DNA of 64,000 nt from the human T2T-CHM13v2.0 reference genome, Homo sapiens (GCF_009914755.1 NC_060926.1), one strand, 5' to 3'. Counted from the first letter of the stretch, positions 37,421 to 56,198 are shown. The notes: generated by a model not told the origin, from the letters alone. Translations and numbers: made by a program.

Positions 37421-39239
37421 AGTAGTTCCCAAACCTGACATAAAAAAAAAAGCAAAAAAACGAAGACCCTGGAGATTTTCTTTTTTTGCTTTTACGGAAT
37501 CTTAGACCCTATAATTATCTACTGAATCGAAGTAACTTAATTGGCTGTATGTGTCAGTGTACACTGTACAATCAGGGCTCATTGGACCATTTTTCATTTC
37601 TGAATTATTTCGAGCAGTTCTGTTTGTAAGGATTGAAATTTCATGACTTATTCTTTCTTAGGGATCTTCAAAAGAATAAAGAAAACTGAGCTATATTTCT
37701 CATAAAGTTTATTTGATCTTGAAATTACCACATTGGTCTATTGGACATTTTTTAATTTTGAAATACGTTTTGGGATTTTAGTGGTCACATATTGTTCTTT
37801 CTCAAAACATTCTCCTATTTCATTATTTTAGTATTACTCATCAATTCTCAACTATGGTCGAAAGAATAAAATAATTATGATGGAATTAGGATTCCAGTAA
37901 GACTTTCCTAAGACTTTAAGTATTTTTTTCATCTTTTATGAGGTCTGCATCCTAATTTATTTGATACTGTTTGTAAGTGGACAGATGCTAAGGGCAGATG
38001 TGTATACAAAGGTGATTTGGAAAAAAAAATGCAAAAAAGAATTATTGGGTTGACCATTTGAATTGTTTGTAATCTAAAAATGAAAATATGTTACAAATTA
38101 TGGAGCAAAGAAGATTGTTGTCCTCTTTTCGTCAAAATAAGCCATGAAAGGCTTAAAAATTCCTTCAAACATTGTGTTTTAATGACGCAAGTGCAAAAAA
38201 AAAAAGCAGGAATAATGACAAGCTGTAACCAATTTGAGATGTATCTGAAATCTGGAAGTGGTATTTACAAGATGGATATGTTGTAGATTCATACATGAAG
38301 TTAGTAAGCAATTATTTGCACTCAGGTCGTGCCCATTTTTGGTGTACATGACTTTAGGGAAACTGGGAATTGAAATTCGGATTTGCTGTATTTATTTCTT
38401 ATGAAAATTTTTAACAAAGTTTTTTTCCTGCTGTCTTTTTGCTCTCTAAATTATTCTTCAAGTGTCATGAAAATAAAGGAAATAAAAAAGCCTCTTTGGA
38501 CTTATATGATAAAAATATTGATGACTGTTTTCCCTGTTATACTGAAGATTACAAGCTTCAGAGGAGAATATAAATTTAACAGGATTGCCCATGAATTAAT
38601 TGTTTAAAGCTGGATGATGGGTATATGAGTTTTATATACTTCTCTCAACTTTTTCCTGTGTTTGAAATGATCTGTAATAAAAGTGTTGGGTTTTTTTTTT
38701 AATTTTCCCATGTGAATCTAATGATTTACCAATGTTGGGAACTACAGGTGTTATTTATTTTTGAAATTTCAGTCACTTAATCTGTCAGAGGATCACCTTC
38801 CTCATCTGTTTCAACAGAAAGATGTAGAAATGCAACAGTCTGGGTTGCAGGTGGTCGGGCGATTGGGTGAAGGCCTTAACCAGTGTAACTGCTATAGCTA
38901 CCATGCACTCTGCACCCACTATGCTCATGTTGCATTGGCAGGAGAGGAGAGAGCACTTTCCTCTGCTCCTGCACTTGGCTTTGACGTGTAAAGAGACACT
39001 TTGCTCTAGGGATTTAAAGACTTGAGCTATCTATAGAATGTGATTTAGAGAGGATACCAAATTATTTAAAATAATGGTCATCCTCTCAAGTTAGAAAACT
39101 ATAGAATCTAATAAAGTTGAGAACATTTGCTTACATAAACATTTAAAAATTGATGGTTAGTTTCATGCATATGATACATCTAAGTTTTATTAGTAGCCAG
39201 CTGGTAATAGTTTTTACAACTTTTAAAGTTAGCTAAGTA

Positions 39240-40433
39240 CAGCCATACACCACATACCATTTTGGTCAACAGTGGTCTGCATATATGCCTGTATGATGGT
39301 GGTCCCATAAGATTACAGTGGAGCTGAAAAATTCCTATTTAGTGGCATTGCAACTGTCCTAACTTGGTAGTACAATATATTGCTCACATGTTGGTGTTGA
39401 TGCTGGTATAAACCAACCTATTACCAATCTAGTTTTATATAACCTTCCAGTCATAAAAAAAAATACAGCACAATTACGTGCAGTACATAACATAATTCTT
39501 GATAAACAATTATGTTACTGGTTTATGTATTTACTATGCTTCTTATTGTTTTAGATTATATTACTTCTGCTTAAAAAAAGTTGACTGTAAAACAGCCTCA
39601 GGCAGGTCCTTCAGGAGGTATCCCAGAAGAAGGCATTGTTGTCATAGGAGATGACAGTTTCATGCATGTTGTTGCCCTTGAAGACCTTTCAGTGGAAAAA
39701 GATGTGACAGTGAAAAACAGTGATATTACCTTGACCCTATGTAGGCCTAGGCTAATGTGTGTGTGTCTTAGATTTCAACAAAGAAGTTTAAAAACTAAAA
39801 AATTAGAAATAGAAGCTTATAGAGTAATGGTATAAAGAAAAAACATTTTTGCACAGCTGTACAGTGTCCTTTTGTTTTAAACTGTTAGTAGAAAAGGGTA
39901 AAGTTAAATTTTAAAATTTATAAAGTAAGAAAGTTACAGTAAGCTAAGGTTAATTTATTAATGAAGAGAAAAATTTTTTAATTTAGCGTAACCTAAGTGT
40001 ACAGTGTTTATAATAGTCTATTGTAGTGGACAGTAGTGTCCTTGGCCTTCACCTTCACTCATCAGTCACTCGCTCACTGATTGACCCAGAGCAACTCTTT
40101 GTCCTGTAAGCTCCATTCATTGTAAGTACCCTATACAGGTGTACCATATTTTATCTTTTACACTGTATTTTTACTGTACCTTTTCTATATTTAAGTATGT
40201 TCAGATACACAAGTACTTATTGTTGTATTACAGTCGCGTGCAGTATTTGGTATAGTAACATGCCGCACAGGTCTGTAGCATTGGAATAATAGGATATAAC
40301 TGTATAGCTCATAGGTGTGTAGTAGGCTATATACCTAGGTTTTTGTAAGTACGCTCTTGTGATGTACAAACAACAACGAAATCACCTAATGATGCATTTC
40401 TCAGAACATATCCCTGTCATCAGTGTATGATTG
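39240..40433 (-). mobile_element. Tigger3b (Golem)-like TcMar DNA transposon
   Basis: Ends are related in reverse to the element at 10132; internal aaacagcctcaggcaggtccttcaggaggtatcccagaagaaggcattg is typical of Tigger3. Confidence 0.78.
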
Positions 40434-41322
40434 TATTGTATTTTCATTGTTAGTATCATAAAATGCATTAGTTACGTAAGTAATTTAATCTCACCAGGAA
40501 AGATTCCAACAATTAAAGCAAAGGCTTTCACCGATCTACCTGTGTGTCTTTTTACATCTTTTTCTCTTTGTTTACATATGTATAGTCATTTAAAATACAT
40601 GTTTTTTTCACTGTTATAGGAAAAATATAATTGGAATCATGTATATTTTGCAGCCTTGTTAAAGTGCCTTTTGGAGTATATTCTGTATTAGTATACATAG
40701 GTCTACCTCATTTTTTCATGACTGCATTGTATTTCATAATATAAGTATACCAGTTTATTTAAACATTTCAAATGTCAGAATCTCTTACCCAGGACTTGGA
40801 AATTACTAGTATACAGTCACGTTTAATCCCATTGTTTACTTATGAAGTTTTATGAAGTGTGTGCAATTGATTGCCTAACACTTATTTAATAGGAAACCTT
40901 TCCCTAGTATAGGAACCATGAGAGTTTTGTTTTTTTCTGGTGTATTCTGATTATATATAATATGTGTAAATTGGTGCCTCTGTGTCTGACTTCATAAAAC
41001 TTCTTGAAAGTTGCCTCATCCCCGTAAGCTAAAACTGTTAAACAAAATGAAAATATTTAGAGCATATAACAGCCTCTTTTGCTGGAAGGTTTTATAGAAA
41101 TAAAGTTGCCAGCATATTTTTAGAAGAGTAACTGCTCCCTGACACCAGAATGGCTTATTTTGAAAAATAAGCCAAAACAAATATACCCTTAGATAGGTGT
41201 CTATAATATTCCAGCAAAGGGATTGGGATAGGAAATTCCTACCCATCCCTGTTTTTGCTTTGGATGAAAACAGTCTTAAGAGGTTTCAATTGATGGAAAA
41301 GATTAGTATACATCATTTCATT

Positions 41323-41615
<293 letters not shown>

Positions 41616-41633
41616 ATTAATATACATCACTTT

Positions 41634-41902
41634 GGCTGGGCACAGTTGCTCACGCCTGTAATCCCAGAACTTTGGGAGGCTGAGGCGGGTGGAACATGAA
41701 GTCAGGAGTTCAAGACCAGCCTAGTCAAGATGGTGAAACCCTGTGTCTACTAAAAATACAAGAATTAGCTGGGTGTGGTGGCAGGCGCCTGTAATCCCAG
41801 CTACTTGGGAGGCTGTGCCAGAGAATTGCTTGAACCTGGGAGGTGGAGGTTGCCTGGGTGGCAGAGCCAGACTTTGTCTGTGTGTGTGTGTGTGTGTGTG
41901 TG
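41634..41902 (+). mobile_element. Alu SINE with right-arm deletion and (TG)n microsatellite tail
   Basis: Alu dimer directly after the previous Alu; the tail is (TG)n at ~41879-41902. Confidence 0.9.
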
Positions 41903-44149
41903 TACACACATATATGCACACACATCATTTCATCAACTGATGAATATTGAGCTGTAGAGAAGAACGAAGGATGTGTGTATTTATTTAAAAGCCTGCAACC
42001 TTTGGTAGCAGTTATTCTGGAAATTTGTAACATCTATGTCCTTGTACAACTGTACCCTTAAATACAAGAATGTTCCTTGGAGCATTGTTTGTAATAGAGA
42101 AAAGCTAGAATTAAAAAAAAACACACACACAACAGAACTGTGGCTGTGGGTGCTGATAGGAAAGGTCTCCAGAATATGTGAAAAAAGCAAAATGCAGAAC
42201 CATTTTTCTGGTGAGAATCTCACTTGTGGAAAATAAGCTGAGAAGATATATATACGTTTTATATATAACTAGCTTTATATATGTACCTGTATTACCTAGA
42301 TATGTATATAATTTTTGGAAAGATGCACACCAGACTCTTAGCTGATCACTTTTAGGAATGAAATTGGCAAACTGAGGAAGGAAGAATTTCATTTAATATG
42401 CTTTCATTTTTATATTCTTTTTAAAGTTGTTAATTCTTTCTAAAGGGCTTATAAAACATCAAAATTTTAGCATGAGGATTCTGCAGGTACTGACTTGTAA
42501 AAAATTTAGTTGTTGGGGAGTTACCATTTTCTGTGGCTTTTCTGCTTATTTGCAAATGAATTAGGTAATTTCCCGAATCATAAACACTTCTAGACCACAA
42601 TATTGCAATGTACTTTTTTTACCCCTATCATTGTGACCTGACTTACCCATGATGCAGCTTCTGATTAGTTTAAAATGAACATAAAATAATAAAAATGCTC
42701 AATGCGAAGTAAGTACTTAGATTGTGGAATAGTAATTTTGGAAAAACTCAAGAATATTCTTGTATTAAATTTGACAGGTACCCTATTAAAGCACTCAAGT
42801 GAAAAAGTTCAACAGGCTTTAGAAAGCCTCACATTTGATTATTTTTATGTTACTTTGTGTCTTTCCTCACTTATCTAGAAGTTTCATCGTTCTATAGCAG
42901 TCCCCAAACACTTTATTTTTCTTAACTATCATCTTTGTTCTGGAGAAGTATGTTAAACTTTGAGTAAACTTGTCAATTATTTTCTTCCCTCTTTAGACAT
43001 AGTCATCTAAATAATAGCAAATAACAGCTATTTGGCAGTATAGCAACCCCTAAGTTGTAGTTGTAGACTAAATCTTATAATTTTTTTTTTTTACCCTCTA
43101 TCCTGATAGATTGGTAGGAAGGTTATTCTAAGGTTCTGTTCACCCAATTCCAGGTTGGGTTGAGGTGCTAGAGGTGGATACTGTGCCAGGATATTGGGGT
43201 GAAGGTGCAGACTAATCCTCAAGACATTTGCTATAGTGAGTATTGAAGTATCTTTTATTGTGGTCAGGATGGTGTTTCAGATGTGGCAACTTCCAGCCAC
43301 ATGACCATGTGGTGTTTCTATGCCAGGCTTAGGGCAGAGGCATCTGCAGGCTTGGCTCTGTACTTACCTACCAAGATACTGTACACAGCTATACTCCCTG
43401 TGTGGTTTTGCATGGGCTTTTCTAGATGCTTTTGTCAGGAAGCCCCAGTAGCACTACTCCCTTTCCCCATTTACACACATAAGTGCAAACATGCATACAA
43501 CCTACTTTATTTAAACTAAGGAAATCTTTCTCACTTGTCGATAAGCCCCTCACTCTCTCCCTGTTCCACACAAACATTTTATCTGTACTCCAATCAACTC
43601 ATTGTCTTTGCTGTGCATTCAAGACATATTGTGTTTATCCACACTCCTATCCCTGATTATATCTGTACACTGGTTTCTGTAAATATTGTGCAATGTAAAG
43701 TAGAAAAACAGGCTATTTCTTCTTTCTGCTTTGCCACATCCCTCTTCTGGAGAAATGAACACAGAGCCCATTAGCTCTTTAACAGGTGGGAGATGGGAGG
43801 AGGGAACTATCAGGAGATATAATTTACCACACTTTCTATTAATAATTCTTCTGAGTCTGTACTTTAACAGTTTTTTCAGTCTGTTACTGAGCTTCACAAG
43901 ATTTACAAACAGTCCATTGCATGTACTTTTTACCTGCTTCTTGCTAAAATAAGACTGGTGGATAATTTGTATAGTCAGGAAATTTGATAATTCGTAAGTC
44001 ATCTGCTAGGGTTCTCAACTCTTCCTGTATTCTTGAGGCATGGAACACACTCTCAGAAACCTGTTTTAAAGACGCAGTTTAAAAATGAGTCCACAAAGAT
44101 TCTGATACGACCTCCTTGCTGCTCCTCTGTTCAAAAAGTACTACCTGAC

Positions 44150-45150
44150 TGAATTTTTTTATTTTTTACAAATTTACTTAGTTCTATTTTGAATAGGTAG
44201 AATAGTCATATGGGTCAAAATTCAAAAAGTGTAAAAGAGTATAGACTGAAAAGGCTTACTCTTTTCTCCCAACCACTCTTTCCTCCCTCCTCAGAGAACC
44301 AATGTTAAATTCTTACATCCTTCCAGAAATTTTTTAAAATATCTAAGTACAATATACATTTCTTCATATATACAACATATGTATATATGTATGTGTATAA
44401 TACATATTTTCCCCTTATTTATACAAATGCATAGAGCTGTTCTGAACTTTCAGTTTTTCAGCTCACCAGTATATTTTCAGGATCTTTCCATATCAGTACC
44501 TAAAGAGCTTCCTCATTCATTTTTATAGCTGCATAGTATTCTATTGTATGGATGTACTTAATTAACCAATCCTTTACCTTCATTACTGATAATTTAGGTT
44601 GTTTTCAATCTATGTTATTATGAACAAAGCTACAGAGAACAATCTTGTATATACATCATTTTATACAGGTTTGTATAATATACAAAGGTATATATATATA
44701 AAATTGTATATTATAATATACAGAGATATATTGTCCTAAAGACATATAAAGTTACTGGAGTAAAGAACACATATGTGCATCATTTTAACAGATACTGCCA
44801 AACTGCTCTCCATAGAAATTAAAACAATTTACTCTCCAAAACAGCCATGCATGAAGAGTTTCTGTTTATTCACAGCCTCAGCATCAGAGAATGTTATCCA
44901 ACTTTTTGATTTTTGTCAGTTGATGAAAAAATGATACCTAATTTCTCTGATTATTAATGGTATTGAATTGAGCATCTGTTCATGTTTTAACATTTGTAGT
45001 TTTTATTCTGCAATTGCATTTAACTTTATATTTGGATTTTGGATTGCTGGTCTTTTTTTTTATTGGCTTCTAGGAATTATCTGTATTAGCAGGAAATTTT
45101 CCCTTATGCTGTAAGTTGCAAAGGTATGTTTTATTTAAAAATTTTTTGTC
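44150..45150 (-). mobile_element. Decayed old L1 (L1ME-like) fragment
   Basis: Reverse L1 3'-region text (gctgcatagtattctattgtatggatgtac ... gatactgccaaactgctctcca). Confidence 0.6.
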
Positions 45151-45210
45151 ATTCAATTTGACATTTTATTTTGCTATGCATATATAGTAATATGTGTGTT
45201 TACCTATATA

Positions 45211-45513
45211 CAGTTGTCCCTCAGTATCCATGAGGAATTGGTTCCAGGACCCCCTCTGGATACCAAAATCTGGATCCTCAAGTCCTTTATATGAAATTGG
45301 ATAGTATTTGTATATGACCTATGCACATCCTCCCATTTACTCTCTCTAATACCTAATATAATGTAAATGTTATGTAAATAGTTGTTATACTGTATTGGTT
45401 TTGATTGGCATTATTTTTATTGTTGTATTGTTACTTTTTTTTTTTCCAAATATTTTTCATCCAAGGTTGGTTGAATTCCAGATACGGAACTTGTGGATAG
45501 GAAGGGCTGACTG
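45211..45513 (+). mobile_element. MER2 TcMar-Tigger MITE
   Basis: TA-cagttgtccctcagtatcc ... gggctgactg-TA. Confidence 0.8.
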
Positions 45514-45799
45514 TATATAGTTGAAATTCTGTGTCTTATATGAGTCTTGAATTTTTGTATCATGGTTAGAAAGGTCTTTATCTCTCCAAGGCTATAAATG
45601 ACTTTTCCAGTTTTTCCAATGATTGCTTCTACAACTTTATATTTAGATTATTTGGTACGTTTTAGAATTTAGTCTGGTATAGGGTATCTGGTATGGATCT
45701 AACTTCTTTTCCTTTTTGTAAGTGGTCACCCCATTGAATTAGTAACATTTTTTATTAATCTATTTGGGCCTTCTTCCGAATCTTGTGTTCTGCTTCGTT

Positions 45800-46139
<340 letters not shown>

Positions 46140-47035
46140 TAGGTATTCAGTTCCTATACTATTTCAATATTTGGTTGGACTAGTCTCTATTTTTGCTTAT
46201 TATTTCATGTCAATTTTAGAATTAACTATTATTCTTCCAAGAAAAATATGCTTACATTTTCCATCTGAATTCTGATGTTACCTCCTTAAAGTGGTAACAT
46301 CTTATTTATTCAAAATAGTTATCACAATATATAGTTATCTTGTTAATTTACTTACATGTTTTATTATCTTCCTATCCCACTAGAATTACTTCATGAAGAC
46401 AGCAATCTTTTTTATTTTGCTCATCCCTATATCCCCATTACCTAGCACAATAACCAACACATAGTAGCCCCTCAATATAGATTGAGTGGGTGAATAAGTG
46501 AGTTAATTTATAAAATTTTTGAAAACTTGACATCAAAATAAAGCTGTACTTCTTACTAAAGGGAGTTGACCACTTAAATATCAGTATTTCCTGTCTTCCT
46601 ATAACCACAAGAAGAAGTCATTATCCTTTTATTATTATTAATGGGTTATGAATAGTATCCAAAAACCTTTAAATTAGCTTACTCCTTTCTTTTCCCTTTA
46701 TGCCTCCTATTCTTCTCAACCGTTTTTCCTTAAGTCCATTATAATATTGTTCTTTTGACTTGACTTCTGTGAGAAAATACAGTTCCAAACTCAGTGCGAA
46801 TAAAATCTAAGGTCCCACACATTTGTAAATCAGGAGTCAACTTTTGTTCATATACTGAGCAAGGTTAAAGAATCAGAATAGGTTTATAATGTTCATAAGA
46901 AAACTGTAAAGGGGATACCCCCAAATTGAGGCAAGTTTCAAAAGTGCATGGCGTGGAATGAAAGGAATCACTTAGTACTAAATAATAAAGATAGCAAGGT
47001 ATGATTTATGAAATTAAATGAAAAATCTGATGAAC

Positions 47036-47197
47036 TTTTTTTCTTTTTCGAAGCGGGGTTTCACTCTGTCTCCCAGGCTGGAGTGCAGTGGTGCAATCTA
47101 GGCACACTGCAACCTCAAACTCCTGGCCCCAAACCATCCTCCCACCTCAGTCTCCCAAAACACTGTGATTGCAGGCATGAGCCACCTTGTCTGGCCT
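47036..47197 (-). mobile_element. Alu monomer (FRAM/FLAM-like)
   Basis: Single Alu arm with T-rich tail. Confidence 0.8.
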
Positions 47198-47533
47198 CAA
47201 GACATCTTAAGAGTCTTGTGAAATGTTTTGACCATGTTTTCTGTAGTTGAATTTTATAAAACTGAAGATGTTATGTTCTTGTTGAATTTACCCTTTTTTC
47301 CCACGTATTATCATTTAATTAAAATATTCAATGATATGACTTCTAGTTGTGCTTTAGTAATGTACACTTATTTCTACATAAGTTAGCTTGCAATAAGTTC
47401 AAATCTCTTAAAATATCAGATCCATATAATTTAGAAGATGAGAAATATACATGATCTGAACATGAGAGTACTGGTTTAATTTAAATTGTTTTGGTGTTAA
47501 TAATGTACTTTTTCCCCTCTCTTTTCCTGTTAA

Positions 47534-47668
<135 letters not shown>

Positions 47669-49200
47669 TAAGTATTCCTGTTTCCTGTTTCTTTTTTAAA
47701 TGCATTTCAACTCTTGAAAATACTAAAATACTCAGAAGCAAGAGGCTGATCGTGAGGTATGTTGAGGTTTCAGTCTTTATAAAGCACTAATAACAGGACT
47801 TTTCAGCTTGTAGGCTCAGCCTTTAGATACATGAGAATAATATTTAAAATTCTATATCTAGATAATGCTTTTTTTTCTAAAAACTGAAATTCAGGGGCTT
47901 ATTTCACAAGTAAGAACCTTTGATGGCTATTTGTCCTTTTGGAATAGAATTTGATTTAAAACAGTTTATAAAGGCAAAATTAATACCAACAATTTGAAAG
48001 TTTTACTAGGTTCACACATGGTCAGACTTACAAGAACATAATAATTGGATTGGACTTTTCCTTAGGATTTTAACTTTGTGTAATAATTAGCAAACATTTA
48101 TGGTACCCAATTTATATGTCTAGACCAGATTGGATGCTTTTCGTAGTGGAACAGTATTAAATTTCTTTGGTCTATATTTTCCATGTTTCAGAGAATTTTA
48201 GAAAATTCAGTAGTGTTCTAACCTAGTTTATTCATGCCAGGAAAGTTCCAATTTTAAATATAAATTCCGAAATAAGAACATCTAAGATCTCTAGTTTATT
48301 CTGGAAATTTGGGGAGGACATGAAGACAAGAAACTAAATTATATTAAATTTATGTATGTTATTCTAATACTTACTATTGTTACTACCAGGTCTAGCCTAC
48401 CTCATGGACAGGTTGTAGAGATAAAAACATTTACTTGAGAGACTTTATAAAATCAAAATTGTGCTAGTATAGTTATTAATAATCATTGGTACTACTGGCC
48501 TTCATTATTAGTAAACTCCCAATTTTTTTTGTCTCATATCTTTTAAAATTTTGGCTCGACTTCAAATGAAATGTGAATTTGTATATATGTGTATTATGTA
48601 TATGTATACATTTTTAGTGTTTTAATCCCTATGTGTATATGAAATGTAAGTCATATGCTTTCCAATAAATTTTAGTTATGTGTTTTTGAGGTGGATAAAC
48701 AATAATCTAAATTGACTAAGAGTTAAGCCTAACATTACAATGCCATCCCGTAGTTTACATGGGTACCACTCAATTAGAAGTTTACTTTAATAACAGGTAT
48801 AAGTCTAGGGTAATGAGACTCGTTTCAAAAAAATCACCAAAAAAGTAATCGTATTTTTTCCTTTTATTTATATCTCACTTCCCTGAATTCTAGCCACACA
48901 TTTCTTGCTGTTTAATAGACCTTGCTACCCAGATTTCAGAAAGCATTTTGCACTTAGAGTGATTAAAACTCTGTCTTTGCTTTGAAGCCATCAATATCCA
49001 CCCATTTCACTCACCAGAGCTTGAAATTCTTATTCATTGTATTTGTCTATTCACCAAGTCCAGTCCTTCCTGACTTTTTAAATGTCATTAGAATGCTTCC
49101 TGTTTGCATTTTCACTGTTTTTGTACTATTTAAGGCTAGTGTACTTGACTTCTTGGCCTTCTGTCCTCTAAGTTCTCACTCTTCTAATTCACTCTATATA

Positions 49201-49517
49201 CAGTCAGCCCTCTGTATCCATGGGCTCCACATCCTTGAATTCAGCCAACCATGGATAAAAAATATTTGGGAAAAAAATTACAATACAACAATAAAAAGTA
49301 ATACAAATAAAAAACAGTATAGACAACTATTTACACAGCATTTACTTTATATTAGGCATTATAAGTAATCTAGAGATGATTTAAAGTATAGGGGAGGATG
49401 TGCATACGTTATAGGCTAATACCATGCCATTTTATATAAGGGACTTGAACATTCATGGATTTTGGTGTTTGTGGGAATCCTGGAACCAATCTCCCAGTGG
49501 ATACCAAGGTGCAACTG
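49201..49517 (-). mobile_element. MER2 MITE, opposite orientation to 45211-45513
   Basis: The reverse complement of its right end matches the left end of the 45211 copy. Confidence 0.8.
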
Positions 49518-50011
49518 AACTGCTGTCTTTCCATTAACAAAAAGAGATACAGTCACAGCCCTCTATTGGTTAAAAGCCTTCAGTAGCTTTCCTGTTGCCT
49601 TCAGAATAAAGTCCAACTCTTAAGTATAGCAGAACAGTCCTTCCCCAAATGACCCTACCCTACTTTTCCAACCTCAGCTATTTCCCTACTGCACCCTATA
49701 TTGTAGTCACATACCAGATTAGCTTGACATCCCCCTCATAAACTATGCAATTTTGAGAAGTCATGATTTTACTCTTGCTGTTCTCTCTCCCTGGATTATC
49801 ATTTTCCCTTTCATGTTGTCTTTTACCACTGTCACGATTCATTAACCTTATAAGTGTAAGAAGCCTCTGGGGTTAGAGAAGGTTTTAGTATTCTGTTAAA
49901 GATCTGCTATTCTGAGGGCATTTAACTAATTTTAAAAAAAATTATCTTTGCATTTTGTATTAAATTAGAATCAATTTAATAAAGGGCCTCAATTTTCCAT
50001 GTATTTATTAA

Positions 50012-52621
<2,610 letters not shown>

Positions 52622-52629
52622 ATTAGTAA

Positions 52630-52939
<310 letters not shown>

Positions 52940-52989
52940 TAGTGATCCAGTTTTAATATGAAATGGTGTCATATTAGAGCCTTAGATTA

Positions 52990-53400
52990 TGTACTTATTA
53001 ATAAATCTAAAAATGGTTTTGAAATGTATATAAAATATATGTTGTGTATGCACAAATGAATACAAAATATAAAATATAAAATATACACATTCATTTCTAT
53101 ACATACAAAATTTAGATGTGTATATATATTTGTGTATGTGTATATATTTGTATATAAATAGAATATATACACATTATAAATGTGTATAAATACAAAATAA
53201 TGCATATATATATTATGTAGTCCTAGCTACTGGGAGGCTGAGGCAAAAGGATTGCTTGAGCCCAGGAGTTTATTATACAAAATAATGTGTATATACATTT
53301 TGTATTTGTACAAAATAATGTGTACATGTATACAAATATAAATGATATATATACCCAAATATAAGTGAAATATTTACACACACACACAAATACAAATGAA
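52990..53400. repeat. AT-rich low-complexity (TA/TG/CA) region containing a 55-bp Alu fragment
   Basis: Degenerate tata/tgta repeats; tacaaaataatg unit repeated three times. Confidence 0.8.
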
Positions 53401-54826
53401 GTTGTTTTATAGTCAAAACCCTGCCCTCTAGTGTTTATGGAAAATATGCCGTTATTTCAGAAATGTCAGATTAAGTATATTCTCTATGTCACCAGTAGAG
53501 TGAGTCCTTGTACAGGGAAACAACTTCTCCACATTTTGAGAAAGTTGAAATCTTCAGACTTTTATTTTCTTCAAAATCAAATTGATATATTTTATCAATA
53601 TGCGACATCATACTTTTATAAAAATATCTTTGTGACAGGTTATGTATTTTATCACCTAAAATAAGCAATAATATTAATGTAAGCATTTTTCCTAATTATA
53701 TAAAAGTAATTCAGATTCTTTATTGAAAATTCCAAAAAAGAAAAAGAAAAATGGAAATAATCAAGGAAAATTACTGCTGACATTTTAACATATATTTTTC
53801 CATTCTTTATGCATATTTTAAAAATTGAAATTGGGATCACAATGTATATACTTTTTTGTAAGAGAGTAAAATAAATCATATATAACTGGTTTGTTAAAAT
53901 AGTAGTCTTTTGCTATCTCTGCAGACTTAAGTACCTGGGTTTTTTTTTTTTTAACAGAATAGTTGAAGTGGGAAAACCATTTGAGAAGACCATATTTACT
54001 GTGACTATCAATTGTGTTTCCTTAGAAACAAACCCCTCAGAGGAAGAAAAAAAGTAACATTTATTACTGTTTAGTAAATATTAGGTGACATATTTAATGA
54101 AATCATCAGTTTGGGTCAATAATTCATAAGAAGAGGTTGAGATTAGAAATAAAAGCATTTTCCTTTATTCAAATTTTTTATGTTTACTGTTATATATTAG
54201 ATAAATCTTAGCAATTTTCACTTTTACGTAAGCACAAGATGTTTAGGAAATACAAGATAGAGAACTTTGCAAGATATATTTCCAGATAGGTACTTAATGG
54301 ACTTCAACAGGCATATTTTTTGGAAAGATGGTTCCATGTATTTGTAAACTTCGCTAAGTCAAAAGGTATAGTGCAATATCACATATATAAACTTGTCAAT
54401 TAGTAAGCTATCCTTTTCTTTGTGTATTTAATCCAGTAGACTGGATGGAAAGTCTTGTTTTGGTTGTTATTAAAGGTTTGTTAACAGTGTTAAAGAACAA
54501 GAGGCAGAGGCAGTAAGTTTAGATTTTTTGGAATATCTAAATAGGCATTCCCATGTTTCACTATGTTATAATTCATTATCCTGCTTCTTCTACACTACCT
54601 ACTCAACATCTCCAGTTCATTTCTCATCACTTTTCCCTGTTCATTGTCTGGGTTTTGTGAGTGATTTCCAAGAGACAAATGTAACAGTGTATATATAGTC
54701 AGTATTTTAACATTTTGGTTATCAGCTTTAATTATAGTTTTCAGGAGTTAATGCATCTAACTATGTTACCTACCCGTGGAAAAATACTGCATGCAAAGAA
54801 AAGCTAGAACTCTAAAGATAATCGTG

Positions 54827-55135
54827 GGCTGGGCATGGTGGCTTATGCCTGTAATCGCAGCACTTTGGGAGGCCAAGGTGGGAGGATGGCTTGAGCCTAG
54901 AAGTTTGAGACCATCCTAGTCAACATAGTGAGATGCTGCCTCTACAAAAAATTTTAAAAAGTATCCAGGTGTGGTGAAATGAGCCTGTATTCCTAGCCAC
55001 TGGGAGGCTGAGGCAGAAGGATTGTTTGATCCCAGGAGTTGAAGGCTGCAGTGAGCTATTATATCGTGCCACTGCATTCCAGCCTCAGTGACAGAGCAAG
55101 ATACGCTCTTTAAAAAAAAAAAAAAAAAAAAAAAA
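54827..55135 (+). mobile_element. Alu SINE (AluJ-like)
   Basis: Alu dimer with poly-A tail. Confidence 0.92.
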
Positions 55136-56198
55136 GAACTTTGGGGTTCATTCTAGGCTTGGCCATTGGCAGCAGAACTTTAAAGTCCTCTTGATTGGGA
55201 AAATGTTAGTTATGGATACCAGCTGTGCCTTACAGTACATTTTCCTGAACAAGTCTACCTTTTAAGCTAATATTCTAGGATTTCTAGGGATGTCTTAAGA
55301 GAGTCCTATTAAACATTATGGGGGAACTAATGCCCTCCTAAGCCACCCATCTCGTAGGTGTTACTATTAGTCTGGTGTTTCCATTTTTTAATAGATGAAG
55401 AAACCAAGTCTCAGAAGTTTAAGCCACTTGCACAAAGTCAAGTAATTTGCAAGTAACATAGTTTGCAACTGACTGTTTATTTTTATTCACCATACTAGCT
55501 AACTTACCTCCTCTGCATTATGAAATTCATCATCAATAGGAGGAATTTCACTAATTGAAACAGCATCATTTTATTGACAATTAACAGGCACTCTGAGCTT
55601 TTGCTATGTGGCAGTTTTGCCCCCACAGTATTGCTAAATCAAAATCTGTTCTTAACATCAGACTTTCTCTGTCTTTTCCATTGTTTTCTCCTAGTACCTG
55701 TATTCCACTTTAAGACTGCACTCCACGGTTCACATCACCTATGCTCAAGCTTCATCTAGTGGTGAAAGTATGTAGCTGCAGGTTAATAGTTATTCAGTGT
55801 GCTAGAAATAAAAACCACTCTGATAATAAATGTCACATCTAGGATAGAAATGTTACTCTATAGTAATAAGCTTAGTGGAAAAATGATAACATGAGTGATG
55901 GGTCGTATTGCTGACATGAAAAAATGTTCACTATTTAGATCAAACGTCAAATTTAACAGCATATACTCAAATAACCTTCACAGTAGGACATTAACATTGT
56001 AGGAATGTAAAACAACCTGGGGATTCCAAAATAAGTCATTCTTGGCAAGTAAAGTTGGTTTATTAATTTTAAGTCTAGTTAATTTGTATAACCTAAGCAT
56101 ACAGAGTAAAGTGGCAAGCGCCCCTAGCATGTAATGATTTCCGTAGCTGAAATCATTGTGAAGGGAGTTACTATGCCAAGGAAGCTCCTTAATAGGAC

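Noticed and set aside
39581-39835. 84-aa ORF
   Set aside because: Lies inside a non-autonomous Tigger3-like element; no transposase motifs.
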